64,000 nucleotides of DNA, from the NCBI GenBank assembly GCA_044892525.1, contig CM097886.1, positions 103,230,001 to 103,294,000 on the forward strand. The letters are read 5' to 3'. Positions 39,902 to 53,436 of this stretch are shown here, in pieces. Positions within the stretch are counted from its first letter, which is position 1, and each line of letters starts with the position of its first letter. The notes under the pieces were generated by a model. That model saw only the letters and a program-made list of their open reading frames with translations, was not told the origin of the DNA and ran no database searches. Source of the DNA: Schmidtea polychroa. Taxonomy: Eukaryota. The position numbers and the translations under genes were made by a program.

Positions 39902-40689
39902 TGTTGGGGTTGTTAAATTTAAAATGATGTAAAATGGAATATTGGAAAATTAAAAAGATCAAATTGTCGAATTAAAATTTGAAAAATGGGTCAGATAAAA
40001 ATGAGATGATGGGAAAGATCAAGGCAAGAACGGACTGATCAGAATATGTTCAAAAAGGGTTAAAATACTAGAAAACGTAAAAAACAGAAAATCTTTAATT
40101 AATTAAGGTAAACCAGAATAAGTAAACAGAAAGAAAAATAAACAAAGTGGATTCTCGAATACCATTATCATGACAACATGAGTAATGGTAAAAAGGGGAA
40201 AATATTACCGCAATAGATATGGACGGTCAAACAATTAATTGTTTCTTTCGAAGGAAAAAAGATAAAAAAGACTGCGAGGCAATGCTGTCAAAAGGAGACG
40301 ATCTAGTTGAAATACCATTAATCAAGGCGATTATTTCCACTATATAAGGGAGCTCAAATTCAGAAACAATCGGCATTTTGGCGTAGGTAGCGAAGAAGAA
40401 AAGGAAAAGTAAAGGAAAATTAAAGATAGAAGATATAACTTGCAGAAAAGGAAATAAAGGAATCAAGTCAAAGGAGTAAAGAAAATAGGTGATTACTGTT
40501 GCAAAACCATAGCGATTACAGCGAGACTTATTGAATAGTCAGAATAGGCTTTGTATTGCAATATTCGGAGTTTCATTAATCGTAGATTATACAAAATTTA
40601 AATACAAATATACGTGGTTTAGTTTATCTTATTGTTTTAACATGTTTAAACACCGACTTTTATATTTATATCTAATTTAAAGCTCAACA
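39902..40689 (+). mobile_element. Diverged solo LTR of the TGTTG group
   Basis: TGTTGGGG...GCTCAACA ends, purine-rich U3, TTAATTAATTAA core and a 3' region similar to 34570-34654. TSD does not match (ataa / attt). Confidence 0.55.
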
Positions 40690-41504
40690 ATTTTAGGACC
40701 TAAGTTGTTGGAATTTGGACCTTTGAGCCTTGTAAAAACTTGGAAGGTATGGTGCAACATATTTTGAAGCTTAATGAATAAAATCTTGAAAATGAAAAAA
40801 CAAAACTCTAGGTACAAAAAATGTGAAAATTAATATTTAAGAACTCTTATTTGAAGAAATTGTAGAAGTTCTTTGTTAGTTGGACAGCGGAATTTTTGAA
40901 AAGTATTTCTCTAAAAATACTGACAGAATAATTTTGAAAGTCTTTATCTAGGGAGGTTTCTAGAATAAAAAAATATTTGTAAAAATTTGATAAACTTTTT
41001 TAATTTTTTAAAAATAAAAATTAGACGGTTACGATCATGAAAAATAATGTTTTCAATTACATATTTTCTCAGCAGAAATAGAATTTTTTTGTTGAACTCG
41101 AACCGTCTGAAATTTTGTATTAAAAGGTTTCGGGTTCAGTTCGCAGCTTTGATTTTAATATTAAAGATCGATACAAATAAGAGTTCTAAATGTTTCTGAA
41201 AATAAGCTCATACATTCAATCTGGCAGTATTGAAACTCCGATTGAAACTCATCAAATTAAATTCTAAATTTCTTTAATAACCATCTCTAGCAAATTACAT
41301 TACAATTTTTGTTAATTTATGATTTTATTATTATTAATGAGTACAAAATGAGAGCAAATCTCTAAAAGGAGTAGGAATGGTCAAATTATTATCATTTATA
41401 ATATTATTATTATTACATTATAAATTCGACATTCTTCGATAAATTTTTAATTTTAATATTGGTTATTTAAGCAACATTTTTAAAAAATAAATGAATAAAA
41501 ATAA

Positions 41505-41870
41505 GAGAAATTATCTTACAATCCGGTCGAAGCAAGATGTATTAGATGAAATTGGAAAAGGGCTGAAGTAGTTTTGTATGCTATATAAAGTTGACAAATC
41601 CTCCATTTGAAAAATAATAAAAAATTGGAAGACTATAGGATCTTATCTCAAGAAGTTCCAAAACTAAATGCAAAATGATCATGTGAAGTATATGAAGTAG
41701 TCGAAATTTGAAAATTGTTATCACAGATAAAATTCTCAAATTGAAGGCCAACGAGATACATGCTTAAATCAAGTGCAATGAAGAGTTTGTTAGATTGAAG
41801 GATAATTGTCAAACTTTAAAAAGAGACACAGTATTTGATTAATAACTATATCTGATGAAACTTTCTTGTG
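41505..41870 (+). pseudogene. pogo/Tigger transposase N-terminal (CENP-B-type HTH) remnant
   Basis: KRNYLTIRSKQDVLDEI...YKVDKSSI*KIIKN, then ITDKILKLKANEI...GWLSNFKKRH with stops and frameshifts. Confidence 0.75.
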
Positions 41871-42077
41871 ACACTTCACAAGTCCCGGTTTTATAGAAAA
41901 ATTTTAAAAAATCGTACAGGGAAATAATTATTTGTATTAATATAAAACGGTTTGCCAAAAATATGTTTATAAATTTTTACTATACCACACTAAATATAAT
42001 CAACTATTAGTCACAGGCAACTTATTTCAAATTTTTATTTCAACTTATATAATTTTATCAAATATATACTGTATAAT

Positions 42078-42204
42078 CAGCGCCGTACTATCGCAAGTGC
42101 AACACTTGCAATCGCGCTGGGCCCCCAAATATTAAATACATTACAAAAACTTCATTAAAATCAAAAAATCTGCACAGGGCCCCAAAAGTTACAGCAAGGC
42201 ACTG
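42078..42204. mobile_element. 127-bp hAT MITE about 180 bp downstream of the MUT stop
   Basis: Ends CAGCGCCGTACT / AGCAAGGCACTG; 8-bp flanks TGTATAAT / TGTATACT (7/8). Confidence 0.7.
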
Positions 42205-42276
42205 TGTATACTGGATTAATTTTATTATTATGAAAAGCATCTATCTAAATTTGAAATCAAATCATTGTAGTAAGCT

Positions 42277-42282
42277 TTTATT
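42277..42282 (-). terminator. Candidate MUT polyadenylation signal AATAAA
   Basis: AATAAA on the minus strand about 100 nt after the stop codon. Confidence 0.4.
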
Positions 42283-42382
42283 AATGAGTATAAATTAATG
42301 TTTCATATGGCACACACTAATTATAATTTCCAAAGCATATTATGAGTTTATGTATAATCACGATGTTTGAGTAAGAAATATG

Positions 42383-42563
42383 TTAGTGAACCGCTTGTTT
42401 CTGATTTCCAGAACCAGTTTGGTTTTTAATGATTGCATCTACAACTTTTCTAGCTGCATCTGGAATACGAGTTCCTGGTCCGAAAATTTCAGAAACCCCA
42501 GCTTTTCGTAAAAAGTCATAATCTTGAGGTGGAATGACTCCACCAGCAACAACTACAATATCA
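42383..42563 (-). CDS. MUT: MUT terminal exon (missed by the ORF track)
   Basis: tttcag|[45 protein letters not shown]...AVH*. The phase matches the donor at 53261. Confidence 0.95.
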
Positions 42564-42894
42564 CTGAAACAAGAATTAAATTATCCAAGATTTTAATAAG
42601 GTAATGTATAATTAACATAATCAATATAATCAATACACGCTACTACAAATATATAGAACAATGAATATAATTTATAATTATTTATCATTACTAAAACTTT
42701 GAACAACAAAATCTTTAAAACAACATTTATAACTGAAAATCTTTAAAAAATACTTTAAAATCAATCAATAATTTGAGCTAACTAAAATTATTCAAATAAA
42801 TCAATTTACAAACTTAAAATATCTATAATTAGTTGTCACGGAAAGTCTACTTATAGGTTGAACATATGTGAAAAACTCAATTTAATTCCTGACT

Positions 42895-42900
<6 letters not shown>

Positions 42901-42978
<78 letters not shown>
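42901..42978. repeat. (AT)n microsatellite, about 39 units
   Basis: Direct reading. Confidence 0.98.
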
Positions 42979-42981
<3 letters not shown>

Positions 42982-44614
42982 CTATCTACTTAATTAATTG
43001 AATTTAATATTATAAATAGGAAAATAGGTAATGTAAGATCACGAAACGATTATCTAAGGTTTTATATTATGAATCACAAAAACTTTTTTATTAAGTTTTT
43101 ATTCTGCTTCATCAATTAAAAATATTAAAGAAAAACCAAAGCATTTAGAAATTTATCCGACAGTCTTGACCAAACTTTTGTACTATAGGTACTGGACACA
43201 CTAAAAAATCTCATCGTCAGTTGATATTGACTTGTATAATTTCTACAAATTTTTTGTATGTTTCGGTATATTTTTAAATAGATAACTTTAAACCTGCCTG
43301 TTCCTACTAATGATTTAAGCTCTGTAGATTTCTGCAAGAGCGATAAGATGATTCTTCGCTCTTATCCTATCCACTAGCCAGCATAAAGCATTAAAGCCTT
43401 TGAAGGCGAATTCTCGGGATCTTTTAAAGATTTGAGCAAGTTTAAGACATCGGTATTAATTCTCTCATCTGTAATCATTAATCTCGTTACCTATTGAATC
43501 ATAATCAGTAGGTAGTTACCTCCTGCAATACGACCATCCAGGGGGGGGGGGGGTAATTAATAATAATTCCTGTATGAAATTATATTGTTTTATTATTAAA
43601 TTAATTTAGATTTATGGTTTATAACAATGTCTTATTAATTATCCAGGGTTTTATTAAGCCGTTTAGGGTTAATGACCAATCAACTTGGTTTTATGTTTTG
43701 ACAATAAAATATTTAGAGATAATTTGATATTAACTTTAAACTATTTTTATCTTTATTTAGGATGTTATAGGCGGACAATGATAAAAGTTGAGAAATATTG
43801 ACAGGAGAGGAATGTTGGACATCAACAACAACTAAAGAAGATTGATCTTTATTGGAGGAAATTTATCATGTGATTTTACTTAGATTTCTAGAAATTAAAT
43901 CGGTTGAATATCAGTTAGGGGTAAAATATGGCAATTTGAAGAAATATAGAGATTTTATTGAATGGGTAAATTTAATCTTTCAATGGGACCTAGTCGGTTA
44001 TAAGGGAATTGTACAGTAACATTTATTTTATTTTAAATTTTAGTAATTATAACTGGTTTTATCATTAGATTTTATAAATTATTTATGGCTAATGACCAAA
44101 TTAATTTTAGATGTTTTTTAGAGAAATATTTGTGATAATAGGAATTAAGATCAAATGTAGAATTAGTCATTTAAAACGATTTTAAGAAATCTTATTAGTC
44201 TGATATTATGATAATTTACGAGTATTTATCGATAAAATACTAATCTTTAAAGACATATTTAGGGAAATTTGATGCTTTTAGTGGGGGAATCATTCATTTG
44301 CTTGGATACAGAAAGCATCTGTATTTTCATTTAGAGTAATTTATTTAGAGAACGGGTTTATTTAATTTTTAGAGTACTTATATCAGTCTCTTTAGAATTT
44401 AATGATAACTATTTTTAGTGTAGATTAACGACTTTGATAATTTGTAATGAATTTATACTGAATTTTTTGAATAATTTGAGCAATCAGTCGATCAATTTGA
44501 GTATACATGTATTACTTTTAAAAAATTATTAAAATTAATTTATTTCAATTAATTTATTCAATCTAAATCAATTATTTCTTATTTCAAAATTCTTATTAAT
44601 TTATTATCTTAGGT

Positions 44615-45555
44615 CAGGGGTGAGCAAACTTTTTCTATAAAGGGCCACATAGAAAACTTGATTGTTATCGGGGGCCGCACATATATTTTGTCTACTAATT
44701 TACTTTAGTTACAATTTTTACAACTTATGAAAATATGAATTGATGAGAATAGTCATGTATTTGTCAGTTTATTTCACATTCCCACTCTATTACAAATGCA
44801 CATTATATTTTCAAATAGGAACTAAACGAATTGCTAATTTGGGAATACGATAATTATAATTAATTATAATTAATTATTCATAATTATTCCAACAAAAGTT
44901 TATTATTACACGTCATAATAATTATGAAGACAAAGAAACTTTATTTACATACAAGCCGACCACATTGTACAAATATAATTAATGAGAAGTATGTAACTGT
45001 TCACAATTTTGAATAATTTTCTTGAACTGTGGAACCAGTTTACTGGTTGTGATTCGCATAACTGCATTTAAATTGCAGTCAGTCAACATTGATCTGTTCT
45101 TAGACTTATTTATTTTCATATAAGAAATCGCTTGCTCACAAATGTATGTGGACCTAAATAGTGACAAAAGCTTGGCAGCAAATTGTTTTAGCTGCGGAAA
45201 TACTGCTGCTGGCAAACATCCATAAAACTCCAGCAGAAGAACTGACTTGAACTTTTCCTTCAGGTCATTTTCTGCTTGTAAGTCAAGCAGTTCTAACTGT
45301 ATATCCTCTGCTTTTTTGCGGAAAAGCAGTTTCAATGTTAACTAGTAATGACCAGTAATTAATAATATTCTGGAGCCATAAAATCGATTTAATATCCATA
45401 AATTCGAATCAAAGCAATAAGAAATACATTTCAAAAATATAGGCAAAACTGCAAGTCTAAGCTCCAAACAAAGAAAATTAATTTCGCATTGGATCGCCAC
45501 ATGTACATGCATACGGGCCGCATGCGGCCCGCGGGCCGTAGTTTGCCCACCCCTG
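44615..45555 (-). mobile_element. hAT (SPIN/OC1-like termini) deletion derivative, 941 bp
   Basis: TIR CAGGGGTG(A/G)GCAAACT at both ends and perfect TSD TCTTAGGT. ORF 44979-45335 is a dimerization domain (STYICEQAISYMKINKSKNRS). Confidence 0.95.
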
Positions 45556-46121
45556 TCTTAGGTGATTCTTTATTAATTATTAACTAGAATGATCAGTATT
45601 TAAGATAAATATTTACTGGATTATTAATGACTGGAATTTAAAGTTCTTTCTTGTCCATTAATTTCATTTTATGATATTTATTTAGTATGTTTTGAATAAT
45701 TTTTACATGTTATTTTTATAATGATTTAATCAATTTTTACCTAATTATTTGAAAATCTTACTGGTGTTTTGAATTCAGTTGAAATTTTATTGATTTTTCA
45801 TTCAAATATTTTACTTGCTGAATTAAGAAGAGCTTATGATAAGCAAATACTAGATGAATAAATTTTATTAAGTCTTTAATTGTTATTATTTTATGTGTAG
45901 GTATGTGGTTCTTAGTACTCAGTTGTTTTTAGTACATGGTACTTGGTATCTAGTTGTAAGTACTTGGNNNNNNNNNNNNNNNNNNNNNNNNNNNNNNNNN
46001 NNNNNNNNNNNNNNNNNNNNNNNNNNNNNNNNNNNNNNNNNNNNNNNNNNNNNNNNNNNNNNNNNNNNNNNNNNNNNNNNNNNNNNNNNNNNNNNNNNNN
46101 NNNNNNNNNNNNNNNNNNNNN

Positions 46122-46930
46122 AAATTTCTTACTCTGACTCTAAGGGTGTCTCCGACTGACCCACAATTAACAATTAACACTGGGAACTTTATTGAATATC
46201 ACAAATATTTTCACAGTGATACAATTGGCTCAACAAGCTGACTATCGGTTATACAGTGCTTAATACAACACTATGGTGAAGAATAGCACACGCGTATAAC
46301 CTTGATTTGACAAATCTCTCAAAAATGAGGAGTGTAATAATTGGTAATTTAACTGGTTGTTTTCTTATTTGACTTGGATTTACTCGACGAACTTTACTCT
46401 GTTATCAACCTAATAAACTCTTGCTGCTTCTCTTTATTTTTTTTTATTTTTAATTTTCTTTGCTTCAATTCTATTCAAATTTTGTTCTCTTAATTCTCTA
46501 AATTTTTGTGCCTGCTTCTGATGTGTTTCCTCCTTTTATATATCGTCACTTTGTGGCACTTCAGTTTATCTTCAATTTCCCATTATTTTCTCCAACATGA
46601 TTTCCCAATTTTCACTGCGACCGAGTTATCTTTGGCAGCTGTCGAGATATTTTCTAACTTTCCCTTTTTCTGCTCCGGCCTGTTTTGGTTTAGTTCCCGT
46701 TATCTCTGACAAGCTGTTGATGTTTTTTCTATTTTCCCGATTTCGAAATTCCTTTTCCTTTTTGTACTAATTAATTAGTACTGACCTTTATTTTTGCTTT
46801 CATGTCTGATTTCTTTTGTTTCATTCCTCTTTCTCATTTCTTTTTACTTGTTTTTTCATATAGATCGTCCTGTTTGTCATGACGATCTTCTCCCAAGTAA
46901 TTTTATTTATTTGTCTATGTCATCCCAAAT
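46122..46930 (-). mobile_element. Partial LTR homologous to 15151-16171
   Basis: Shares GAAGATCGTCATGACAAAC, GTACTAATTAATTAGTAC and TTAGAGTCAGAGTAA blocks. The 3' end runs into an N-gap. Confidence 0.75.
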
Positions 46931-46939
46931 AATTAATGA

Positions 46940-47830
46940 TGATTCTGACTTTTGCATCAAACGAATCCATCCTCATACTTTTTCAGTATACAAATATCCT
47001 GATGACTATAATTCGATTCATTTTAGTTCAACTTAGAAGTGTTCCTGTTAGCATTCCTCTATCGTGCAAAAAAAACGTGCAAATACAAAATAAATTATTC
47101 GTTCCTCTGCCAAATCTACTTGAAGTCCTATAACTGTATTCATTCATACTTCTTTACATTTTTGGGACAAACGTTCATCCCTTTCTAATTTTGATTCATT
47201 TTGACGGGATTGATTCTCCATTTTCTCATTTCTCACAATCTTTCTTCTCTTTGAGAATCCGTTTCATTTAATCTTTTCATTGTTGGCGTTCTCTATTTTG
47301 ACTTTGTCGCATGTCATCTGATAACTCATAAACTATTTCGCTGTGTCACTGGTTTGAAAACGATTTTTGACGTTTGTTGATTGTTCCATTGCTAACGGTT
47401 GCTGTGAAATTTTTAATTTACTATGTCATATTTTGACCTTAACATGCAAATCATACATAATATCATAAAAAACATAAGTTTCGTACAAGAGATTATAATA
47501 ATGATAAAGTGCAGCAGATTAAATAAATCAAAATTACATATATAAAATTANNNNNNNNNNNNNNNNNNNNNNNNNNNNNNNNNNNNNNNNNNNNNNNNNN
47601 NNNNNNNNNNNNNNNNNNNNNNNNNNNNNNNNNNNNNNNNNNNNNNNNNNNNNNNNNNNNNNNNNNNNNNNNNNNNNNNNNNNNNNNNNNNNNNNNNGTC
47701 GTGTGACTGGTTCACCGGTAAAGAACGATTTTTGACAGTTTGCGGATTGCCATTGTTCCATTGCTAACTGTTGCTGGAAAAATTTAATTCAGTGTGTCAT
47801 ATTTTGACGTTAACGTGCAAATACAATAAA
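46940..47830 (-). pseudogene. Probable Helitron 5' coding remnant(s); a similar block is repeated either side of the gap
   Basis: MRQSQNRERQQ*KRLNETDSQREERL...NESKLERDERL resembles the ET..QR..RL repeats of Helitron Rep N-termini. 47340-47470 resembles 47698-47825. Confidence 0.45.
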
Positions 47831-48339
47831 GCGTGACGTAGGTACATAGGCATACTTTATTTTGTTAGTGTTATATATACATTGCGTCGAGATTGGTAAT
47901 ATTTAGGATAACAGACAAAATTAATTACTAATACTATTCTAGTACAACATTGATTAAAAAAACCAACCTTAAATTAAAAAAGAACATTCAGATTCAAAAT
48001 TATATATCTAGTTAATAAAAATAACATGACAATTTAAATTAAAAAAACAAAGAAAAAAATTTATAAATACTAATTGAATTTTCGAAATTCAAAAGCGTTA
48101 TATTAATTATTATTCATTTCGATTTGATGATGGTAAATGCATCATCAATATATTCATGTACAAGAATTTTAGATTAAGTACTTTCCTTGTGAGTTTCAAA
48201 TGTCACGGAAAAACAAAGTTAACTGCAAACTTAGAATATATACAGTGTAATAAAATAAGGTTCTTGACCATCCATGTCTTCATGTGTTGAAATTTTCTTA
48301 TTTTTTCAGGATTTTGATAATAAATTATTAATTATTTTG

Positions 48340-48392
48340 TATGGAACTAAAGAGCCCCACGCGGTTCGCGAGCTGCCGGTTGCCCACCCTTG
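48340..48392 (+). mobile_element. Orphan hAT (Charlie-type) terminus
   Basis: AGAGCCCCACGCGGTTCGCGAGCTGCCGGTTGCCCACCCTTG resembles hAT ends of the ...GAGCCGCAGGTTGCCGACCCCTG type. Confidence 0.55.
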
Positions 48393-48902
48393 CCATAATT
48401 TCATTTGACAAATATGGCCTATTAGACGCAAAAAGGTTAATGCTAAATAAATTAATATAGTATATATTATTAAATTAGTTAATTTAATCCATTCAACATT
48501 TCTTGTTAGAATTTTACCTTTTGACATTTTTATTTCTTAACCCCTGTCATGTCTTTTATTGGTTATTAATTCCAGGCCTTCATAACGATCGTTTTTATTA
48601 CACATCTTTTTTAATTAACCGAATATCACCATTTTTAATATTTCTGCGTATTTTCTTTTGAACAAACTTGATCTAATTCAACTTGATTTTATGCATCCAA
48701 CCATTCGTGATATACATTTTTACCAAAAACAATTTACACAGGAAATTTATTAATTGACTTTTGAAATGTTAAGTTCAGGATAAATTCAACATTTAGAAGC
48801 AATTCAATCTAATTTCTATGAAATTTATCTTTAAGTGAAATTTTAAGTGTCACAAATTGTACGTAATTGCATTTCTATTGGTCCATTAGCTGAGTCCATT
48901 AA

Positions 48903-51025
48903 CAGTGGCGTCGGATGGAAATTATCATAAGATGGAACCCCTCGTTTCAGAACATGAACAGTTTTGTGTTGTGACAAGGCAAGATGAAAAGGTTAAAGGA
49001 GATGTGCGCAAGCTAACCAAACAATGGTTCTACAAGATGATGCCAAATGACGAGAAAATACTGCGGTCATGGATGGTTTATTCACCCGTCAGTGAGAAAT
49101 TATACTGCTTTTGCTGTTAATGTTACAGAAACAACATCCAAATTTATTAAGTAATGGAAACTGAGCCCGAAAAAATGGAAAACATTGGCAGCGGGACTTA
49201 GAAGACACAAAACAATTGATGCTGAAAATATTGGTATTATGGTCAGGGAGAAGAAAAGTGGAGGGATATTTAGCACAGATTGCTGGATATCACATTGTTT
49301 CTTGCTAAGCAAAATGTGGCATTTTGTGGCTACAACGAAGATGAAGCTTCATTGAATAGAGGAAACTATCTTGAGATGGTTGAAATGCTTCATAAATATG
49401 ACCCAGTACTGAAAGAACACCTAATGAGACTAACGAGAAGTATATGTACAGTATAAGCATCCGTATCTTACCTTTCACCAGAAACGTAAAGTCAAATTAT
49501 AAATGTTCCGGCAACTCAAGTAAAGGAGATTCTTGTCAAGAATATAAAAACTGCGAGGTATTTTAGAATTATGTTCGATAGCACACCTGACATATCACAC
49601 ACTGACTAGATGTATGAGGTTATTAGATATGTGAAAATCCATAATGGGAAAGTTTAAGTGAAAGAAGTGTTTCTTGGATTTTTCCCTTTAAGTGGGATAA
49701 AAGCTGATGACCTCAGTTCTGACTTTCTAAGAAATCTAGAACGCGACGGACTTGGCATAATGATGTGCAGAGCTCAAGGCTACAATAATGCTACAACAAT
49801 GTCTGGAATCCGTGTAGGTGTTCAGGCCGTTTTGAAAAGAATAAGAAAGCGATTTTAAATGGGTGTGTGGAGCATTCACTGAACTTGTGTGGCCATTTTT
49901 TGGTACTCTTATGGGAATATTTTCATTCTTTGCTTATTCCACTCATCGATGGGATGTTTTGATTAAACACACTATGTGATCCTAGTGAAATTTTGGACAC
50001 AAGGGGAACAGCACAAGGTCTTTTAGATGCTTTCGGTGATTTCACGTTTATCTGCTACCTTTACCTCTGGCCTGATCTACTTGAGGAAGTCAATCTTATC
50101 AAGCAGTACCTGCATACTAAAGGCTTAACTCATGACAAAGTTGTGACTAAGTTAGAAACCTTAAGATTGTTTCTGTACGAGATACATTCACTTAGTTTAA
50201 AATGCAATTGAACAAGCACTTTCAAAATCAGACCAATAAGGAATTTCGATAGAAAGAAGATCAAGGTTCAAGAAGAGAATGGCGGAGGAACAACTGAGAG
50301 ACGCTGGACTCTATGCGAGAAGAAAACAGTAGGGAGATGATGGAATGTATTAATCGTTTTCATTCTGAACTCCAGATGCGATCAAGGAAGTAGTAGATAT
50401 GTTTGCGACTGTTCAACCCAAGAGTCTACTAGCGGCAAGTCAAGACTCTTTCTATGACGAATTAGCTGAAGATGAGCTTCTAAAAGAAATACCAAGGTTT
50501 AGAAGGCACCTGAAAGCAGCTGATATTGATCTCCACAAAATCATGGGCTGGTCATTGTTTAATGTTTTACAATTTATAGCTGAATGGGACTTCCTTGAAT
50601 GTCTCCCAATACTGTCTCTAAGCCATCAATTATTTCTCACAATTTGTGTGTCTGTGGCTTCATGTGAGCGGAGCTTTTCAAAACTAAAGCTGATGAAGAA
50701 TTATTTACCATCCATCATGGGACAGTCAAGACTTTTTTGATCTGGCTCTATTATCAATTGAAAGTGAGACCGTGAAGGACATAGACTTTGATGAAGTGAA
50801 TGACAGGTTTACAGCTCTGAAGACCAGGAAAGGAAAATTTTAAAGAATGTATTAATATCGATAACTTAACGTTGTTACAGTTCTTTAATACTTGTACATG
50901 CTGACCTTCAGTTAACTTATTTTTCGTATTTGTCATTTTGATACTGTTGACTTATTACATGCTAAATAAAAAAGAATAAATCTGTGATTGAAATCTGGGT
51001 GACACCAACCTTAGCGATGCCACTG
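48903..51025 (+). mobile_element. hAT Tip100/ZMYM1-like transposon, pseudogenized
   Basis: Ends CAGTGGCGTC / GATGCCACTG. Fragments WMVYSPVSEKLYCFCC, NRGNYLEMVEML, IMFDSTPDISH, CRAQGYNNATTMSG, SVASCERSFSKLKL. No matching TSD. Confidence 0.88.
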
Positions 51026-51284
51026 ATGATACGAATTTGAAAATTCCAGTTGACGGTTATATAATTTACAGAGTTTTTTTAAGCAGCACATTCAAAATTT
51101 TACACAGATCAACAAGTATAATTCACGGTGCTCCAAATTTTAATATCCAGTGGTTCTTTATGATCATTGTAATAGTTTTTTTCCTTTTAAGAACACATTC
51201 AATTCAATGATACATATTTAGTAAGCTGGTCAATGACATATATTATATTTTGTATTGTTAATTTTAATTTTTAATGGTCTATTG

Positions 51285-52815
51285 CAGGGCTGTCCAACTG
51301 GCGGCCCGCAGGCCATATACGACCCGCCAAATTATTTTTAAGGACCGCGAGTACATTTTACTATGAATAAAAAAACATTAAATCTAATTTGAATTTATAG
51401 TAGGTACTATTTAGTTTGCGTAACTTCACTTAACCTGGCTGAATACAGCAGCAATTCGTTTAACGTCTGATGGTTGAATCAACATTGGCGCCACATATCA
51501 TATTTGTGGTTGGTTGTTGTGTATCTATGGTTGGCGCATGTGATGTAAACTACCCTGCGCTATTTGGTTGATTCATGCAATCGTGCGAGTTTAGTCTTGT
51601 CTAGAATTTGTTGAGTGGTGACTGTGTCATAATATCATTAACTTAATTTCATATTTATTTATTAATCAAAATAATTATTGAATATGAGTGCTACTAATAA
51701 AAGAAAAATAGACCTCGAAAATCGAGAATTTCAAGATCGCTGAGAAATAGATTGTTTACTTATCCTTAACAAGAATGGTAAATCACAGTGTTAGGAATGT
51801 TTACAAATCATAGCTGTGTGTAAAGAATATAACTTGAAGCGCCATTATCTTTCATTGCATGAAAAAAGTATCATTCGTACATGCGAGTCATGAATATACC
51901 ACTAGTGAAAAAAATAAAAAGCAGCTGTTGGATCATCAAACGAATTATTTTAATCAAGAACCAAAATTTCAAGAAGCATCTGTAGCTGCATCGTTTGAAG
52001 TTTGAGGAGGCATTATGTGGTTTACCCGTACATCTAAAAGACGTAATGGACAAGGTTTGCAAAATCACTAATTTAATTCGCGGTGGAAATCGTTCTCTTA
52101 CACACCGAAAATTTAAAACATTTTTGGATGAATTAAAAACTGAGTATGGATATCTGCTTTTACATAGTAACATTCGTTGGTTAAGTGCTTGAAGAGATTC
52201 TTTACACTTCAAAAAAGAAGTTCATCTTTTTCTCACGGAAATTGCCGTCGATGAAAATTTGATAGCAAATTTAGTTGATAAAAAGTTTATTTATTCACTT
52301 GCTTTCCTAACGGACATTACAAATTATTTAAATATTTTGAATAAATCCTTGCAAGGACAATATCAAAATGTTGCCTTTATAAATATGTTACTGGATTTAG
52401 AAACAAATTAAAATTGTTAAGGTTTAATTTGGAGCAAAATAATTTATTTCATTTTGAATCTTGCAAAGAGATATATGAAGAAATGAAATAATGTAATATA
52501 AAAGCGAATTTTAAAATATTTCTACCAAAATTGGATATGCTTATTACAGATTTCAATGGAAGATTTCCTCAATTTCATGATCTTAAACCGTCTATTGATT
52601 TATTTTGTGATCAAATTAATATTGATATCAACTCAGTTGATCTTAAATATAAAATAGAATTATGCGACCCGCAGGTCGACCCATTTTTTAAATCTCGCGG
52701 AGTAACTGGAATAGAAATATTCAAATTTTTAGATAGAGAAATATTCAAAATTGAGAGATTTTGGACTTCAAATTGTATTAATGTTGGGAAGTACATATAT
52801 CTATAGAAATCACCA
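51285..52815 (+). mobile_element. hAT GTF2IRD2-like transposon, pseudogenized and 3'-truncated
   Basis: 5' terminus CAGGGCTGTCCAACTGGCGGCCCG; MSATNKRKIDLENREFQ...QC*EC...EYNLKRHY, LLLHSNIRWLS and a degraded dimerization region. No 3' TIR seen. Confidence 0.85.
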
Positions 52816-53261
52816 AATATTGATTCAAATAATTTTACATCTTTAATTTTAAAAGTCAGCCTTTTCCTTTTTGACAGTTAAACAACTTATTTCCTCCATT
52901 ATTTTATTCATATACTTCCATTTAGAGTTATTTTGAATATAATTGTCGATTTTTTTGAATTTCTTGTAATAATTTTGAAAAAAATATTCTCTTTTTACTT
53001 CAAATATCCTTTCTTTATTCGTTTCAGTTTTTACCAATCCCTTTTGAACTAAGAATTTACCAGTTTTGTTTTATCTTTATTTTCCATAATATCTTTAATT
53101 TTTCGATAATTTGAAATAAAATCTTTTCCTTTTACTTCTTAAATTAATTAACTTATTTAATAAACTATATATTAATTAAATTATATTAAATGTCTAATTT
53201 AAATTGACTGAATAATAAAATCGTAAATAATTATTTAAAGTGTTATGTACTCATTATTTAC

Positions 53262-53389
53262 CTTCGCCCTGCATTTTTTAATTCTGCAATCAGCTGTGGC
53301 ACCAAAGTCATATGTCCTGCAGCCAATGAACTAACTCCAATTACGTGAACATCAGCATCAACAGCTTGTTCAACAGCTTCTTTAGGTGT
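53262..53389 (-). CDS. MUT: MUT exon
   Basis: [42 protein letters not shown]-ag|gt. Confidence 0.96.
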
Positions 53390-53436
53390 CTAATAAAAAA
53401 AATAAATGACAGAAGAAATACAGATTCAGAATTTAC

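Larger units (their letters stand above)
6365..47697. other. Assembly gaps (N runs) within this span
   Basis: 6365-6551, 8968-9101, 20498-20637, 23099-23429, 24993-25248, 25841-25986, 45968-46121, 47551-47697. Confidence 0.98.

Noticed and set aside
43560-44600. Mitochondrial insertion (numt)
   Set aside because: T/G skew is suggestive, but I found no recognizable mitochondrial protein, rRNA or tRNA.
6291-47761. ORF-track entries containing long X runs
   Set aside because: Artifacts of translating N-gaps.
51018-51050. CTGATGA...GAAA at the end of the Tip100-like hAT as a hammerhead
   Set aside because: No stem II or stem I pairing; CTG is the TIR end, so this is coincidental.
52590-52597. 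GTCTATTG as the second TSD of the hAT starting at 51285
   Set aside because: It lies inside the transposase remnant with no adjacent TIR; chance 8-mer.
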